Origin: Octopus vulgaris
Lineage: Eukaryota
Reading direction: 5' to 3'
Length of the DNA stretch: 64,000 bases
Assembly (NCBI GenBank): GCA_951406725.2
Contig: OX597833.1
Location: 35,898,001 to 35,962,000 of the forward strand
Under the pieces are notes generated by a model. That model saw nothing but the letters and a program-made list of their open reading frames with translations. It searched no databases and was not told the DNA's origin. Of this stretch, positions 39,405-52,662 are shown piece by piece (positions within the stretch are counted from its first letter, which is position 1; every line of letters begins with the position of its first letter). Made by a program: the position numbers and the translations under genes.

Positions 39405-39560
39405 CGACGGTGTTCATTTAGTTTCCGTCTACCAAATCCACTCACAATGCTTTAGTCAGCCCGAAGCTTTGGTAGAAGACACTTGCCCAAGTGCCACACA
39501 GTGGGACTGAATCCAGAACCATGTGGTTCGTAAGCAAGCTACTTACCACAAGCCAGTCCT
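39405..39560 (-). mobile_element. SINE family B 5' half
   Basis: Matches 14345-14500. Confidence 0.8.
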
Positions 39561-39830
39561 ATATATATAATATTTATATATATAATAAATATAATGTATT
39601 TATAATATATATAATATATATATTATATATATTACATATATATATGATATACATATAATATAATATATATATATATATGTATGTATATATGTATGTGTGT
39701 ATGTATGGTATTTCATGTTTATGTCTTGTAACATCCTGTAGCCATATATGCATACCTATATACATATATACGTATGTATGTCAATACATGCATATATATA
39801 TATATATGTATATATATATGTGTTTATACA

Positions 39831-39877
<47 letters not shown>

Positions 39878-39890
39878 TATATTATTATTT

Positions 39891-40570
39891 GATTGAACGC
39901 CACGCATCCATTTCCAAGTAAGTTTTTTCTTAATATACTTGATGCGACTCTCTCCTACTCCTTCGTTTACTGTTCTCCACTATCTCTGTCTCCCTTTCCT
40001 TTCTCTCTCATCCTTTCGCTAATTCTTTTTCTCTCCCCTTTACCCATCACCCTTTCTACCCGTCTGTCCCCCTCTCTCTCCCTCTTCATCCGTTACTCCC
40101 TCTCGTTGCTCACACGTGACCATCAACCATCTTTCCTTTGCTCACGTGACCATCCTTCTTTTCCTTTACGCCTTTGCGCAGTTCAAACGCATTCGTATCT
40201 CTCTACTCTCTTTTCCCTTATCAAAGAACTCTCTTCCAGCGTTCGCCATCTTAACTCGTCTGAGCCTAACGGCCCTCCCTGTTTGTATTGGTTTCGTTTG
40301 GTTTGGTATATGTCCTATTTTTGTTACCAACTTTAACCCTCCGCAAATTGAAATTTGTTTTATTTCGGTTCGCGGGAGCAACTGCCTTCAAAGTCTTATC
40401 TTGTCGATTGATTGCTTGAAATAAGGATTAGATGAACAGCCGACAACTGATGATGTTTTTTTTTATGTTACTTGTCTAGTTTTCAATTTGTTTCTCTCAT
40501 TTTTTTTTACGTACCCAACGTTATTTTCGTATTTCATGTTTGTTATTTCTTGTGACGTTCTGTACCCATA
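39891..40570 (+). mobile_element. Penelope-like (pLTR-type) repeat
   Basis: Shares GAACGCCACGCATCC..TTCCAAGTAAG with 20970, and CCCTCCGCAAA...CTGATGA...CTGTACCCATAT with 20552-20820; family assignment is inference. Confidence 0.5.
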
Positions 40571-40727
40571 TTTGCATACCCATATAAATATATACATATG
40601 TATGTCTAAATATATATATATATTGGTAAAAACGGTAAGATAACAAAAGAAAGAAAGAGACCTCAATATTATGTAAATAGAGGAAATTTATCTATAAAAT
40701 AATATGTTACAATTACTCAATAGTCAA

Positions 40728-40788
40728 GATAAAACTCTGAGTTTCAGATGCCGAAGTGGAAATCCACAACACCATCTCTTCGGTTATC
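40728..40788 (-). ncRNA. type-I hammerhead-like motif, CCGAAGA core variant
   Basis: GAUAA CCGAAGA GAUG..CAUC U GAAA CUCAGAG UU UUAUC: stems I, II and III present. Confidence 0.55.
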
Positions 40789-41419
40789 TGGCCATCTGAA
40801 AAACGCTTTGAAAAAAAACCGTTATATAAAGGGAAATTACTGTGTTATAATTCTGCTACTTATATAAAATAAGATTAAAAGTTCATAGTAAACACGTAAA
40901 CATGGTTAGTCATACGCTCACATGTGCGCTCGCGGACCCATGTGCGTACTTATACGTCACTATGAAAACGTACACATCTTCACTCGCATTTTTCGCCAAA
41001 TATATACGTATATATATACGAACTCATACACACACACGCGCATACCGTAAAAGTTCATACATACGTCTATATACGCACAAGCACAAGAAAAACCATGGTT
41101 AAAGGTTTATATAACTTGAGGATAAAATCTACGTTAGATTTTATCAGGTAGTTAGCATGCAATCAAATGGTTATGGTAAAATTAATCAATTCATAAATTG
41201 ATATATAAAATTATATATATCAGGGGCAAACACGTACGTATACGAGTCGCCTACACGCTATAAGGAGATGCCAATGTCTGAAAACTACCTAACATACCAT
41301 ATAGATTCAGATGAATGTGGTACTTAAATTGAGGCACCAGAATTTAGTACGGTATTATCCATACAATTTCAAAATAAGGTGATTAATATCAAAATAAACA
41401 ACAAGGATATCCAGAGGTG

Positions 41420-41508
41420 ATGCGGTACGATCGTTTCATGCAACTCCATTTGATTGAACAATGCAATCATTGCATCAATTTAAAATGCAGAGCAATCTTC
41501 AGCTACAC
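41420..41508 (-). ncRNA. type-I hammerhead motif with long stem II (degenerate stem I)
   Basis: GUGUAG CUGAAGA [58-nt hairpin] GAAA CGAUCG UA CCGCAU; palindromic stem III ACGAUCGU. Confidence 0.6.
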
Positions 41509-41618
41509 AAAGACATAGAATTTAATTAAATTGGAACAGATGGACACATTAGTATAATCATACCTAAAATCACCAAGAGGTTAAGGAGATAGACAAAGAT
41601 CATGCAGTTCTTAATCCA

Positions 41619-41682
<64 letters not shown>

Positions 41683-41844
41683 ATGTATATATATATGTAT
41701 ATGTTTGTATATATATACATTTATATTTAAACGAAAGTGTATAAATATATGTACGAGTAAAATTACGCATCGCACCAACATCCGGTCGGACGACTTACCT
41801 GAACCAATGAAGGAGGGAATCATTTCTGTTGCTGTCAATTGGAT

Positions 41845-42178
41845 CAGTGTTTCTCAACCATTCTTTATCTGTGGATCGCTTTAATTACTATTTTTCTCTT
41901 GTGTACTTCATAGCCGTTTGACGCTTAAAACTAGTTTTCAAGACACTTCTTTCAAAATTCCTACTTTGTTTTCCACACAGTAACTTGCCTAGGTTGAATT
42001 ATAAAATTATTGTAAAATGTAGAAGAACGAAACCTATATGCTTCTTGCAATAAATATATCTAAAGCAACATTTTTTCTTTCTATTGTGAGTACCCAATTT
42101 ACTATTTTGCTCGCATGGACCCCACAGAATCTTAAATGAAGCCCCAGAGCTCATATGGACCTAGGTTGAGAACCATTG
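41845..42178. mobile_element. hAT (Charlie-like) MITE
   Basis: TIR CAGTGTTTCTCAACC / GGTTGAGAACCATTG; imperfect 8-bp TSD AATTGGAT / GATTAGAT. Confidence 0.8.
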
Positions 42179-42761
42179 GATTAGATGATAAACGCACACT
42201 AGTCTCTGTCGCACAGACTCAGGGGGCGATGTCCCATTTCAATCCGAATATTTCTATTTCCAGCGAGTCTTACCTTTGCCATAAGCTTCAAATAATTCGC
42301 AAGGGCAAACGTTTTCAGTTGCCGGTTTAATAATTGAAGAGCCCTGCTTCACTGATGGTTGGTTTTATGTTCAATATTCAAGAGTTGGAATTTAGAAAAA
42401 AAACTTCACATCTATGCACTAAATAAAAAACCCCAAACCTGCGTTTATCGTGACATTATAAATCCCAACTAATGCAGGTGAGCGTCCTAATCAAGATTCC
42501 TCTCCCTCGGGAAAGACATGGTCTGGCATAGAATAAAATTAAAAACAAAAAAACAAGGAAACATTGAAATAAAGGTATTCTGTTATGAAACTTGCCCGGC
42601 AAGGACAAGCTACTCAGTAATTATTAGCGGTAGCGATTTTTATTTTTCGTTTTTAAAGGTACAAATTTTCAATGTTTGATATTTTTTAGCTCATTACATT
42701 ATGCATGTTAAACCTCACTTAAGTATATATACATATACATACATATATATATATATATGTA

Positions 42762-42799
<38 letters not shown>

Positions 42800-43682
42800 G
42801 TGTGTGTGCGTGTGTGTGTGTGTGCCCGCGTATGAGCCTGTGTCTACATGTGTGTATGTATGTGCCTGTATTAGTTCTAGAAAACAAATGTTGGAAATTC
42901 GCAAAGCTAACGTCTATGGGACTGACACTTCACAACTTGTCCCTAGCCTGCCACTATTCATAGACAAGTCACTTTGCTGTCTTCTACTCTGTCTGAAAAT
43001 AGGTATTAAAGTATGGTATTACATTTCAGGCTATAAACAGGGGCAACCTTGAATATTAAGCAACTCGCGTTAAAATGCAGCACTAAGTTTAACTGTTGCC
43101 GTAGAGAAATAGGATATATTGCCGCAATTTAGCATTATTAGAGATATAATAACGACTTTCCAGGCACGGATGATCCGGGGCCTCTAATAATCAGCACTGA
43201 ATTACATTAATATACGGGTACCAGTATTTCGTTGAATTATTTAATCAAATTTAATATTTATTTAATATCAAAGTGAGTTAACCAAGGTGATCAACCCTCG
43301 TAAAGAAACATTAATAATCCAGAAAAGCCTTGGATACGAAGGGTCCAGAAAATCGATGTAGTACCTATATGTCGTGTGTATTTGTAAATGTGATACATAC
43401 ATCTTTGTTTGTGTGTGTGTGTGTGTGCATGTATGTGCGTATGTGTGTTTGTACATTCATGTAGGTATGTGCTTGTGTGTGTTTGTTTGTACATCCATGC
43501 ATTTATATGTGCTCGTGTTTGTGTGTGTGTGTGAATGTGTGTGAATGTGTACGTCGGAGTATATGAGAAATATTCGGGGAGAAAAGCTGGAAAGAGACCA
43601 CAGACGGAGAAACAAATCGTGCCAATATGCTTTACCCCACCAGCAAAACTAACACTTCACTTCACCTATTTATTTTATTTCT

Positions 43683-43912
43683 TATTTCTTTACTACCCAC
43701 AAAGGGCTAAACATAGAGGGGACAAACAAGGACAGACAAATGGATTAAGTCGATTATATATCGACCCCAGTGCGTAACTGGTACTTAATTTATCGACCCC
43801 GAAAGGATGAAAGGCAAAGTCGACCCCGGCGGAATTTGAACTCAGAACGTAGCGGCAGAAGAAATACCGCTAAGCATATCGCCCGGTGTGCTAACGTTTC
43901 TGCCAGCTCACC
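43683..43912 (-). mobile_element. SINE family A, young copy, tail type 2
   Basis: High similarity to the reverse complement of 45554-45784. Confidence 0.92.
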
Positions 43913-43989
43913 TATTTATCTTGATAGATGAGCACAAAACGAGAATCGCACGGTTTTCTACACTCATACAACCAACATGTAGCGCATGA

Positions 43990-44190
43990 TTCTTTCTACT
44001 AGGGACACAAGGCCTGAAATTTGGGGGCGGAGACTAGTCGATTATATTGACCCCAGTGTTCAGCTAGCACTTATTTTATCGACCGCGAAAAAATGAAATA
44101 CAAGGTCAAATTTGGCGGAATTTGAAATCAGAACGTAAATACTGACGAAATGCTTTGCGACATGTGTCTGCTAACAGTTAGACGAGTACG
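43990..44190 (-). mobile_element. SINE family A, older copy
   Basis: CACAAGGCCTGAAATTT...TTATTTTATCGACC...GGCGGAATTTGAAATCAGAACG. Confidence 0.8.
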
Positions 44191-44593
44191 CTGCTTTAAT
44201 AATGATATGCATAAGATCACATATTTGGGGCAAGGTACTGTCGATCAAAGCAAACACACCCACGTATACGAGCACACTAACAAAGACATACAGGGAGTAA
44301 TACTTGTTATGGGATTGAATACACATATATCTATAAGTAATGTTTATCTCCACTTAAACATGGGTGTTCTGTTAGAATAAACCATACTGCGATAGATATC
44401 ATGAGAGAAGCTGTCATATTGGCTTTTGGTATAAAATGCACTCTTGTTTATATTACTAGTGGGGAAACCAAAATCCCCGCTTCCTCCAGCGCGCAAACCA
44501 GCAGATCATGGGATTTCGACTTTCCTTGGTCTTGTTAATTATAGATTCTCGACCGCTAGAGCCAGCAGTGATTTATCCCCACCGTCAGTCATA

Positions 44594-45137
44594 TCTCTTA
44601 TATGAAATCTGTTCTGTCTGTCTGTGCGTCTTCTCAAATCTCGGGCATCCTCCATCCGATTGCACTCAAATTTGATATGTAGATACCGACGGTATCAGAG
44701 TGTGTATAAGTCTGGAAAAAATTACAAAAATCGATTCCAGGTGAGATTACGATCGATAAAACCGTTTTTATCCTGCTTTTCTTTCGTCAACCTGTACATA
44801 ACTGCACCTTCCATTTTCTTGTTTTTGTACTGCTTAAAGACATGTTTCTTTCCTGCCAAGCTTACTGTTTAAACTATGTTTGTGTTCTCCCAGTTAATAG
44901 CCTTATCATTACTGGTACTTTAAACTCTTCGGTTGCATATTTGTGCGAATAAAATCGTTTTTCTTTGGAATAGAAAAAAAGTCTATCTATATTTCTTCTT
45001 TTGCTGGTGTCTCAAATTTAGGTTAAATCAGTGTTTCTCAAAGGATGGGGCTATGGGACAGTCGGACAAGCTGTTTTGAGAAAATTTGGTTTAAATGTTT
45101 GACAACTCAGCACCGTCCATTGGACGGGGGAGTTTTG

Positions 45138-45141
<4 letters not shown>
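44594..45141 (+). mobile_element. non-autonomous Helitron-like element
   Basis: A|TC start with TCTGTCTGTCTG; subterminal hairpin CCGTCCATTGGACGG; degenerate CTCA end. Confidence 0.6.
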
Positions 45142-45205
<64 letters not shown>

Positions 45206-45553
45206 AGCAGTGTCAGAACAGGCCAGTGTGAGAATTTGTCTCCTGGTAGTTACCGTAGCATAGTTCTTTTCTAACAGAATCTCCACGTTTAAGTGGGGAT
45301 AAATATTACCTCTTTGTATTAATACTGCATCTGTCGTTAGAAATATAAATATATATATATTCCTTAATTCCTTACTTAATATTTAGATTGTTATTCGTAT
45401 ATCTAGCAACACGTGTTACCAACCTTGAAGTATGAAATAATTCTTTTCAGCTCATCGTACTTCGATACGGGAAAAATTCACAACCTTCTTCCATTAAACT
45501 ACTATTGTTCCTGAAATCTGTTTTATATATTTTCTAAAAATATATAAAAAAAG

Positions 45554-45784
45554 GGCGGCGAGCTGGCAGAAACGTTAGTATGCCGGGCAAAATGCGTAGC
45601 CGTATTTCGTCTGTCGTTACGTTCCGAGTTCAAATTCCGCCGAGGTCGACTTTGCCTTTCATCCTTTCGGGGTCGTTAAATTAAGTACCAGTTACATACT
45701 GGGGTTGATGTAATCGACTTAATCCCTTTGTCTGTCCTTGTTTGTCCCCTCTGTGTTTAGCCCCTTGTGGGTAGTTAAGAAATA
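45554..45784 (+). mobile_element. SINE family A, young full-length copy (Nin/Deu-like core)
   Basis: GGCGGCGAGCTGGCAGAAACG; B-box GAGTTCAAATTCC; core GTCGACTTTGCCTTTCATCCTTTCGGGGTCG. Confidence 0.92.
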
Positions 45785-46397
45785 TATATATTTTCTAAAA
45801 ACTGCTTGAAGCTCAGTTACTTCCTACACCTTGATCCTTGGATTTTACATTTATATACCTGCGTGTGAGTTACTTTTTATAAACATACGTCGTTGGTTTA
45901 ACTATTTCCCCGTACATTGAAATAAATGACGAACACCTTATTGGGTTCTCATCACAGATGTCTCCATCATTTGACGAATCCCAGAGAGACAAGTAGCCAA
46001 TTTGATTATATACACAAGAAATCCAGTAGCTTCAGCGAAGTTTAGCATATCTTAAGAGTTTAACACGTTACTGAATATCAGTGGGCTGTCAATGAGTACC
46101 TCAGTCCATATCACATATCACATATGCATATCACATATGCAAACTTACGTACCCGTGACCTTAACATAGAATATCATTTTTTCGCCTCTAAACCGTATGC
46201 GTGAACTTTGGTAGACGTTTAAACGTAGAAACCCGTCGGATGGTCTTTATCTGTACTTCAAGGGATCAGCTTTGTTACATTTGGGACACCTTGATGACTC
46301 GACCATGGCCGATGCCAACTCAAGGAATAAGTCGTTCACTTGATCGAACAACTGCACTGCTCATCCTTCAAAATGGACGGGAAATTCCATATACGTT

Positions 46398-46432
<35 letters not shown>

Positions 46433-46671
46433 ATGAACAGAAACCTGGAACATTTTGGTATCATTTATTCCATATTACATATGTTTCTTTACCAATAACA
46501 GTTACATAGGTATGCATGTAGATAAACACATAAGAAAACTCCTTTCAGCAATTCATCAGAGTATTTAACAGTGTTCTCCAGTGTTTTCCACTCTATTATG
46601 TATAATAAAATCTAAAGATATACTTTGGAGAACTGGAAGATGCAGATTTTCTTCATATATGTATATGTGCT

Positions 46672-46707
<36 letters not shown>

Positions 46708-47440
46708 CATGTGTTTACACACATATATATATTCATGTGTACGTACATGTACATATATATCACTTTTCTTTTTCTCGCTCACCCTCTGTCATATTTCTTG
46801 GCCTTCCCCTCATTCTCACTTTTCCTCTTCTTTTACCTCATTCTGTCCCTTTCCTTCCCTTTTCTCTCTTTCTCGTCTCTTTCTAATTCTTCTATCACTC
46901 TGCCCCTACCTCTCTCCTCTTCTTCCACGTGACCGGTGTTCCGCCAAGCCTGACCTTTCTTTCATGGTTCGACTATCATCCGTAATACATCTCTTTTATT
47001 CCTGCCCATGACTTTCCTCTCTTATGTTCCTGCCGTAAGGCTTCACTTCCGCACACGCCAGCTTAATTTAATTCGTCCTTAGACAAAAGGCACCTGTTGT
47101 TTGTATTTGTAATTGCGTACCATTTCTGCCTTTTTCGTCCTTGTTTTCGTATACATTTGCTTGCTTTCTTCCAAGGAATCTAGTGCTCTTAGGTTAGATT
47201 TTCTTGGGGCCGGCGAAATTGGAGCAGTCCCGAGTGTAACTGGCCGAAACTGCAAACCGATATGAAACTCGACTGAGGGTAGGAAGCTCCGAATGACCCG
47301 TCCTTTTTTTTCCTGTCCTTTTATGTATCGTCTAACTGTGCGGATGTTTTGTTGTCGCCTGTTATGCTCTTGTTCCATTCTTTGTTTTCTTTATATGTGT
47401 GTGCGTGTGTATGTATGTGTGTATATCTACGTATGTTTGT

Positions 47441-47640
47441 AGAGGCGCATGATTTACTGGTAAGTGTGTCTCATTCATCATGATAAGAGTGTAGTTTCGA
47501 GTCCTTGACCGGGTGATGTCTTGCGTTCTTAATCTGGCAAAATGAGTAACCCTCCGATGGACCGGCGTCCTATCTCGGGAAAAATACATACGCCACAGAA
47601 ACCGGCCTTATGAGCCCAATACTTCGAGGAGAACCTTTGA
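47441..47640 (+). mobile_element. diverged SINE C-related copy with Meta-like domain
   Basis: GAGGCGCATG head; CGATGGACCGGCGTCC...TACGCCACAGAAACCGG. Confidence 0.6.
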
Positions 47641-47650
47641 TCCTTTTTCT

Positions 47651-47682
<32 letters not shown>

Positions 47683-47712
47683 TCTATATATATGTGAGTG
47701 TGTGTGTGTGTG

Positions 47713-47772
<60 letters not shown>

Positions 47773-48095
47773 TGGTGTAAACCAAAATACAGTCTCACTG
47801 CTCTGAGAAACTAGTCGAAGTAATGTTTGCTTTGAGTCTCACTGCTCTCTTGTGGTTGTCACAGCATTACCAACATCTTTCTATTTTAAATATAGACAAA
47901 TATTTCCTCACTCAAATGACATAATAATCCATCTTACACATGGGCAATTTGAAGGAACATATGTCAAAACAGACGCACTAATGAACCCTTGACAAAAATT
48001 TTGTTATTGGTTTTACTGAGTCTAAGATAATCTGGTCCTAAATAATCTTTTCTACTATAGACACAAGGCCTGAAATTTTGTCGATCACAGTTGTT

Positions 48096-48560
48096 TGACT
48101 TGACTTGACTTGAGACAGCATTCACCCGGGGTGGGTTGAGCTGGCTTCATTCATCCTCAATGCCCTATCTCTCACAAACGCCGACCAGGCCTGGCGATTT
48201 GAGGCTAACGACCGCGTGATCTCCAACCACTCCTTATTCCAGCGGCGAACGACGTAGACATGGGTGCCTAGTTTGGGTTCAAGATTAGCCTTGACTGTCA
48301 TCAGCCAGGTTTTTCATTGTCCACCACATCGCTTTCGCCAACTCTGAAGGGGAGCTGGGGCAATTGCTTCGTAGATGAATTCTCCTGGTTGACGACGGAA
48401 GGCATGACCCAGCCAACGCAGACGTCTCGTTAGGATGACTTGTCGGAGGAAGGTGATTTTGCATGTGTGTCGCACCGAATTGTTGGAGACAAAATGATGC
48501 CATCGGACACGAAGGATGCGGCGTAGACAGAGGTGATCGAAGGATTCTAGTCGCTTAACA
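48096..48560 (-). mobile_element. RTE-clade LINE 3' end, 5'-truncated, inserted in a SINE A copy
   Basis: FDHLCLRRILRVRW, RRLRWLGHAFRR, NRQAWSAFV*; (TCAAG)n tail; TSD ACAGTTGTT at 48087 and 48566. Confidence 0.9.
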
Positions 48561-48675
48561 ACTTAACAGTTGTTAAGTGATACCATATTTTTATGGATGC
48601 GGCGTAGACAGAGGTGATCGAAGGATTCTAGTCGCTTAACAACTTAACAGTTGTTAAGTGATACCATATTTTTAT
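48514..48675. repeat. exact 81-bp tandem duplication
   Basis: 48514-48594 equals 48595-48675. Confidence 0.92.
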
Positions 48676-50301
48676 CGACTCCGAAAGTTGAAAGGCAAAG
48701 TCGACCTCAGTGGAATCTGAATCTGGTCCTAAGGAATTATAACTGGGGCAACGACAAAACATGGATCATTTTAATTATTATTCCCAATACAATATTTCTA
48801 AATAGGGACCATGTGTGTCGATCAATTCTGGTGCATATCTTTATAAAATGTATATCACTCGACGATAAACGATACAGAAGAAGCGTTATGCGATTGAGAG
48901 GTTGCTCAATAAACAAATTTCACAATAGAACAGTTATCGATTTCGTATATTGGTGCATCTAAAAACGTTTTGTTTAACACCAGTTCCACGAGCTAACGAG
49001 GATATCACTACACGATCAATAGACAATCTAGAAAAACAACCAAAATTGATTCTGAAGAAGGAAAAGAAAAGTCAACCGTAGAATAATTTGAACTCAGAAT
49101 GTAAATGGATAAAAACAAAATACAAGACCTCTTAATTTAGCGCTTCTATTAACATATCTATAATTATGCCATTCCAAGAGGGGGGTTAATGGGCCAGAGA
49201 TTAATAGTATGCCTGTCGAGTTTGCAAACTGATCTCCATTCCCATGTTTGATGTTGTTTCAAAACAAATTCTCTAGATAGATTATGTATTTGGCTTACTT
49301 CATTCACAAGTTCGAATGTAACAGGAAGTTGGGATATAAAACTTAGCCGGTCCTCTTCAGAAGTGCGTTACATTCATTCTGATTCACTTGAAAAATGAAG
49401 ACTCTCTGAAAAAAAAAAATAATGAGGATACATTTTAAATAGCCAATAATAAATACAACTACATTTTTATCTAATCAAAATATTCATGGTGTTTGTTTCA
49501 TAGAAATATAAATAAAAGTTGACTTTCGTTACATAATAGTTCACCATTTGACTTGACAAAGGATTATAGCAGTTAAATGCCAGTCTCTGAAATCACAACC
49601 TACCGTCGGGACGACCAGAGAAACTAAGTATTGTGCCTGAAGGAAGAATGATAAGGACTAACAAGCCTAACCCGGAGTTAAACAATAACAACAGCAATAA
49701 ATAACGGAAAGTTTCCTGCTGAATACTCTGCCGATTCTGCCATTCACAGAAATTGGAAATAAAAAATTTTAACCTTGGCACAGGGCTGCAGATTTAAAGA
49801 TTAACAACTTGAGAATTTAGTATGAAATTATCGACTACGAACAGCAATGGAAATGTATGTTGATCCAAGAGAAATCTGAACTTAGAAAGTGCAGATATAT
49901 TGTTAAACACTTCAAATGTAAAATCCAGAATACGATGAAACAATAGAAATAAAATGCAATACAATTGGTAGCTATCAAATGTAGTTGCCATAGAGAATGA
50001 TAAAACTCAGACACCAGCCATTACTTGACCAATATACGAAATCGATACCTGTTCTATTATGAATAGAGCTTCGTGAGTGGATTTCGTAGGCGGAAACTGA
50101 AAGAAGCTCATCGTAAATATATTCTTTTATTCTTTTACTTGTTTCAGTCATTTGACTTCGGCCATGCTGGAGCACCGCCTTTAGTCGAACAGATCGACCT
50201 CAAGACTTATTTTTTGTAATACAGTTCTATATTTAAGAAATGAGGAATTATTTACATTATTTACATTTGACGTATATTTGTCCTCATTTTGTTTGTTGTT
50301 A

Positions 50302-50345
50302 ACACAACGTTTCGGCTAATATATCCTCCAGCCTTCATCAGGTGT
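50302..50345 (-). ncRNA. minimal type-I hammerhead ribozyme (Penelope-type)
   Basis: ACAC CUGAUGA A GGCU-loop-AGCC GAAA CGUU GUGU: intact core, stems I and II, palindromic AACGUU stem III. Confidence 0.8.
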
Positions 50346-50409
50346 CTTGGGGAAATTTCGAACCTGGGTTCTCATTCCAAAGTTACTTTTCGATGTTATT
50401 ATTATTGCC

Positions 50410-50847
50410 TAAGGCTATGGTATAGAAGACACCCAAGGTACCACGCAGTGGGACTAAACCCAGAACCATGTAGTTGGAAAACAAGCTTCTTACCACACAG
50501 CCACACCTGTGCCTGTGTGTGTGTGTCTTCCTGTCTGTGTTTCTCTTCCGCCAACACTAGTCAACCAGTGGTGGTATGTTTACGTTTCTGTAACTTAGCG
50601 GTTCGGGAAAAGAGCCCGATGGAGTAAGTACAAGGCTTACAAAGAAAATAACTACTGATGTCGACTTATTCGAACAAAAATTCCTCAAAGAGGTGCCCCA
50701 GCCTGACCGCACTCTTATGGCTAAAACGAAGAAAAGATAAAAGATAAATCATATATATATATATATATATATATAATCAAAATAAGCAACAAGAATGACT
50801 CCGGAAATTTGGTACGATCGTTTCGTACTACATATATATATCGTTTC

Positions 50848-50888
<41 letters not shown>

Positions 50889-51410
50889 TTATTATGCATA
50901 CATAAATAAGTCGATTACTTATCTCCTCTCTTGAAATTTCTGGCCTTGTGTCAATACATTATTTTATATACTTATGAAATATACATGTTTATATTATCGT
51001 TATCTTTTATTTGTTCTCGTCATTAGACTGTGGCCATACTGGGGCACCGCCTATGAGGTTCTAATCGAAGGAAACGATCACACTACTTATTTTTATTATC
51101 AAGGTGGTAATTTCCATATTGTTCTGATTTGAAGAACCTCTAGGTTAGAAAAAAGTAAACAAACCACCACCGGTTGTCAAGCGGTGGTGGGGGACAAGCA
51201 GAAACACAAAATCACACAACCACCTCTCTCTCTCTTTACACATACAGAGAGAGAGAGAGACCGAGAAAGAGAGAGAAAGTGACAGGGAGGGGGAGCGAGA
51301 GAGAGAGAGTGGGTGGGAGAGAAAGATGTAGCAGCTAGCATTTGCAGAAGATACCACACAGTAGACCAGAACTCGGAACCAATTGTTTGGGAACAAACTT
51401 TTTAACACAT
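50410..51410. mobile_element. cluster of SINE family B fragments in both orientations
   Basis: Minus 50410-50510, plus 50520-50745, minus 51000-51410. Confidence 0.7.
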
Positions 51411-51991
51411 AACCATGTTATACGTGTGTGTGAAAGCGTGGTGTGTATGCACATAAATGGATACAAACTAAGGTACATTTAATGTGTGTGTGTGTGTGTG
51501 TGTGTATGCATATGTTGGGCTAAAAAGTAACATTCCATCACAGCACCAATAACAATTAAGCTTCGTGCAATGGCCATACTCGATAACGAGGGGGAAGCCA
51601 TCATATGCATACCTATATGCGTGTGTGTATATATACAAATACATGTGTACATATACGTGTGAGTATATATATTTTATATACCATGTTTATTGAATCATAC
51701 CAGTTATTATACATTGTATTGTATGTAGGGTGGTATTCTGTTCTTCTTTCTTTTTAAACTGTTTCATCTTTACATACATACAAACACACACACACTCATA
51801 CATGCAGAGGCGCATGCACGTTGGTTCCTGTGTTTCATGTGTGTATGCATGCCGTCGTGTATATTTATATATACATGCACTTAAGTGTATGCAAGTATTT
51901 ATATATACGTGTGTATATGATTGTGCATACATACATACATACATATATGCATACATACACACACACACGCGCGCGCATATATATACATAGG

Positions 51992-52019
<28 letters not shown>

Positions 52020-52034
<15 letters not shown>

Positions 52035-52240
52035 TGTCCCCCAGTATCACTTGACAACCGATGCTGGTGTGTTTACGTCCCCGTTACATAGTGGTTCGGC
52101 AAAAGAGGCCGATAGAATAAGTACTAGGATTACAAAGAATAAGTCCTGGGGTCGATTTGCTCGACTACAGGCGGTGCTCCAGCATGGCCGCAGTCAAATG
52201 ACTGAAACAAGTTAAAGAGTGAAAGAGGGTAAAAGAGAGT
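52020..52240 (+). mobile_element. SINE family B 3' half
   Basis: Closely matches the reverse complement of 14085-14290. Confidence 0.88.
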
Positions 52241-52265
52241 ACACACACACACACACACACATATA

Positions 52266-52662
52266 TCTTTATATATAAAAGTCAAGTTGTGTGTCTGTCT
52301 CCTACGATTTAGATTCCTAACTACTCCCACATTTTGCGTTGCAGTTTAACCAAAACCGGGTATCTTATAGTCATGATTCATATTGAGCCCTTCTGGGTAT
52401 TAGCGCGCGTCTACGATGAGTCTACGATTAAAAAAAAAAATCACCATAATTTTTTTCCATTTTAATGCATCTTTTTCGCTATTATATAAGGGAAGTAACT
52501 CTCTAAAAATGTCTACGATGAGTCGACGATTTAAAAAAAAAATTACCATCATTTTTTTCCATTTTTAAAGCATTTTTTTGCTACTTTTTGGCTATAACTC
52601 TCTAAAAATGCTTATATAGTTATTTCCCTTACAAACCCGAGCAACGCCGGGCGATACTGCTA

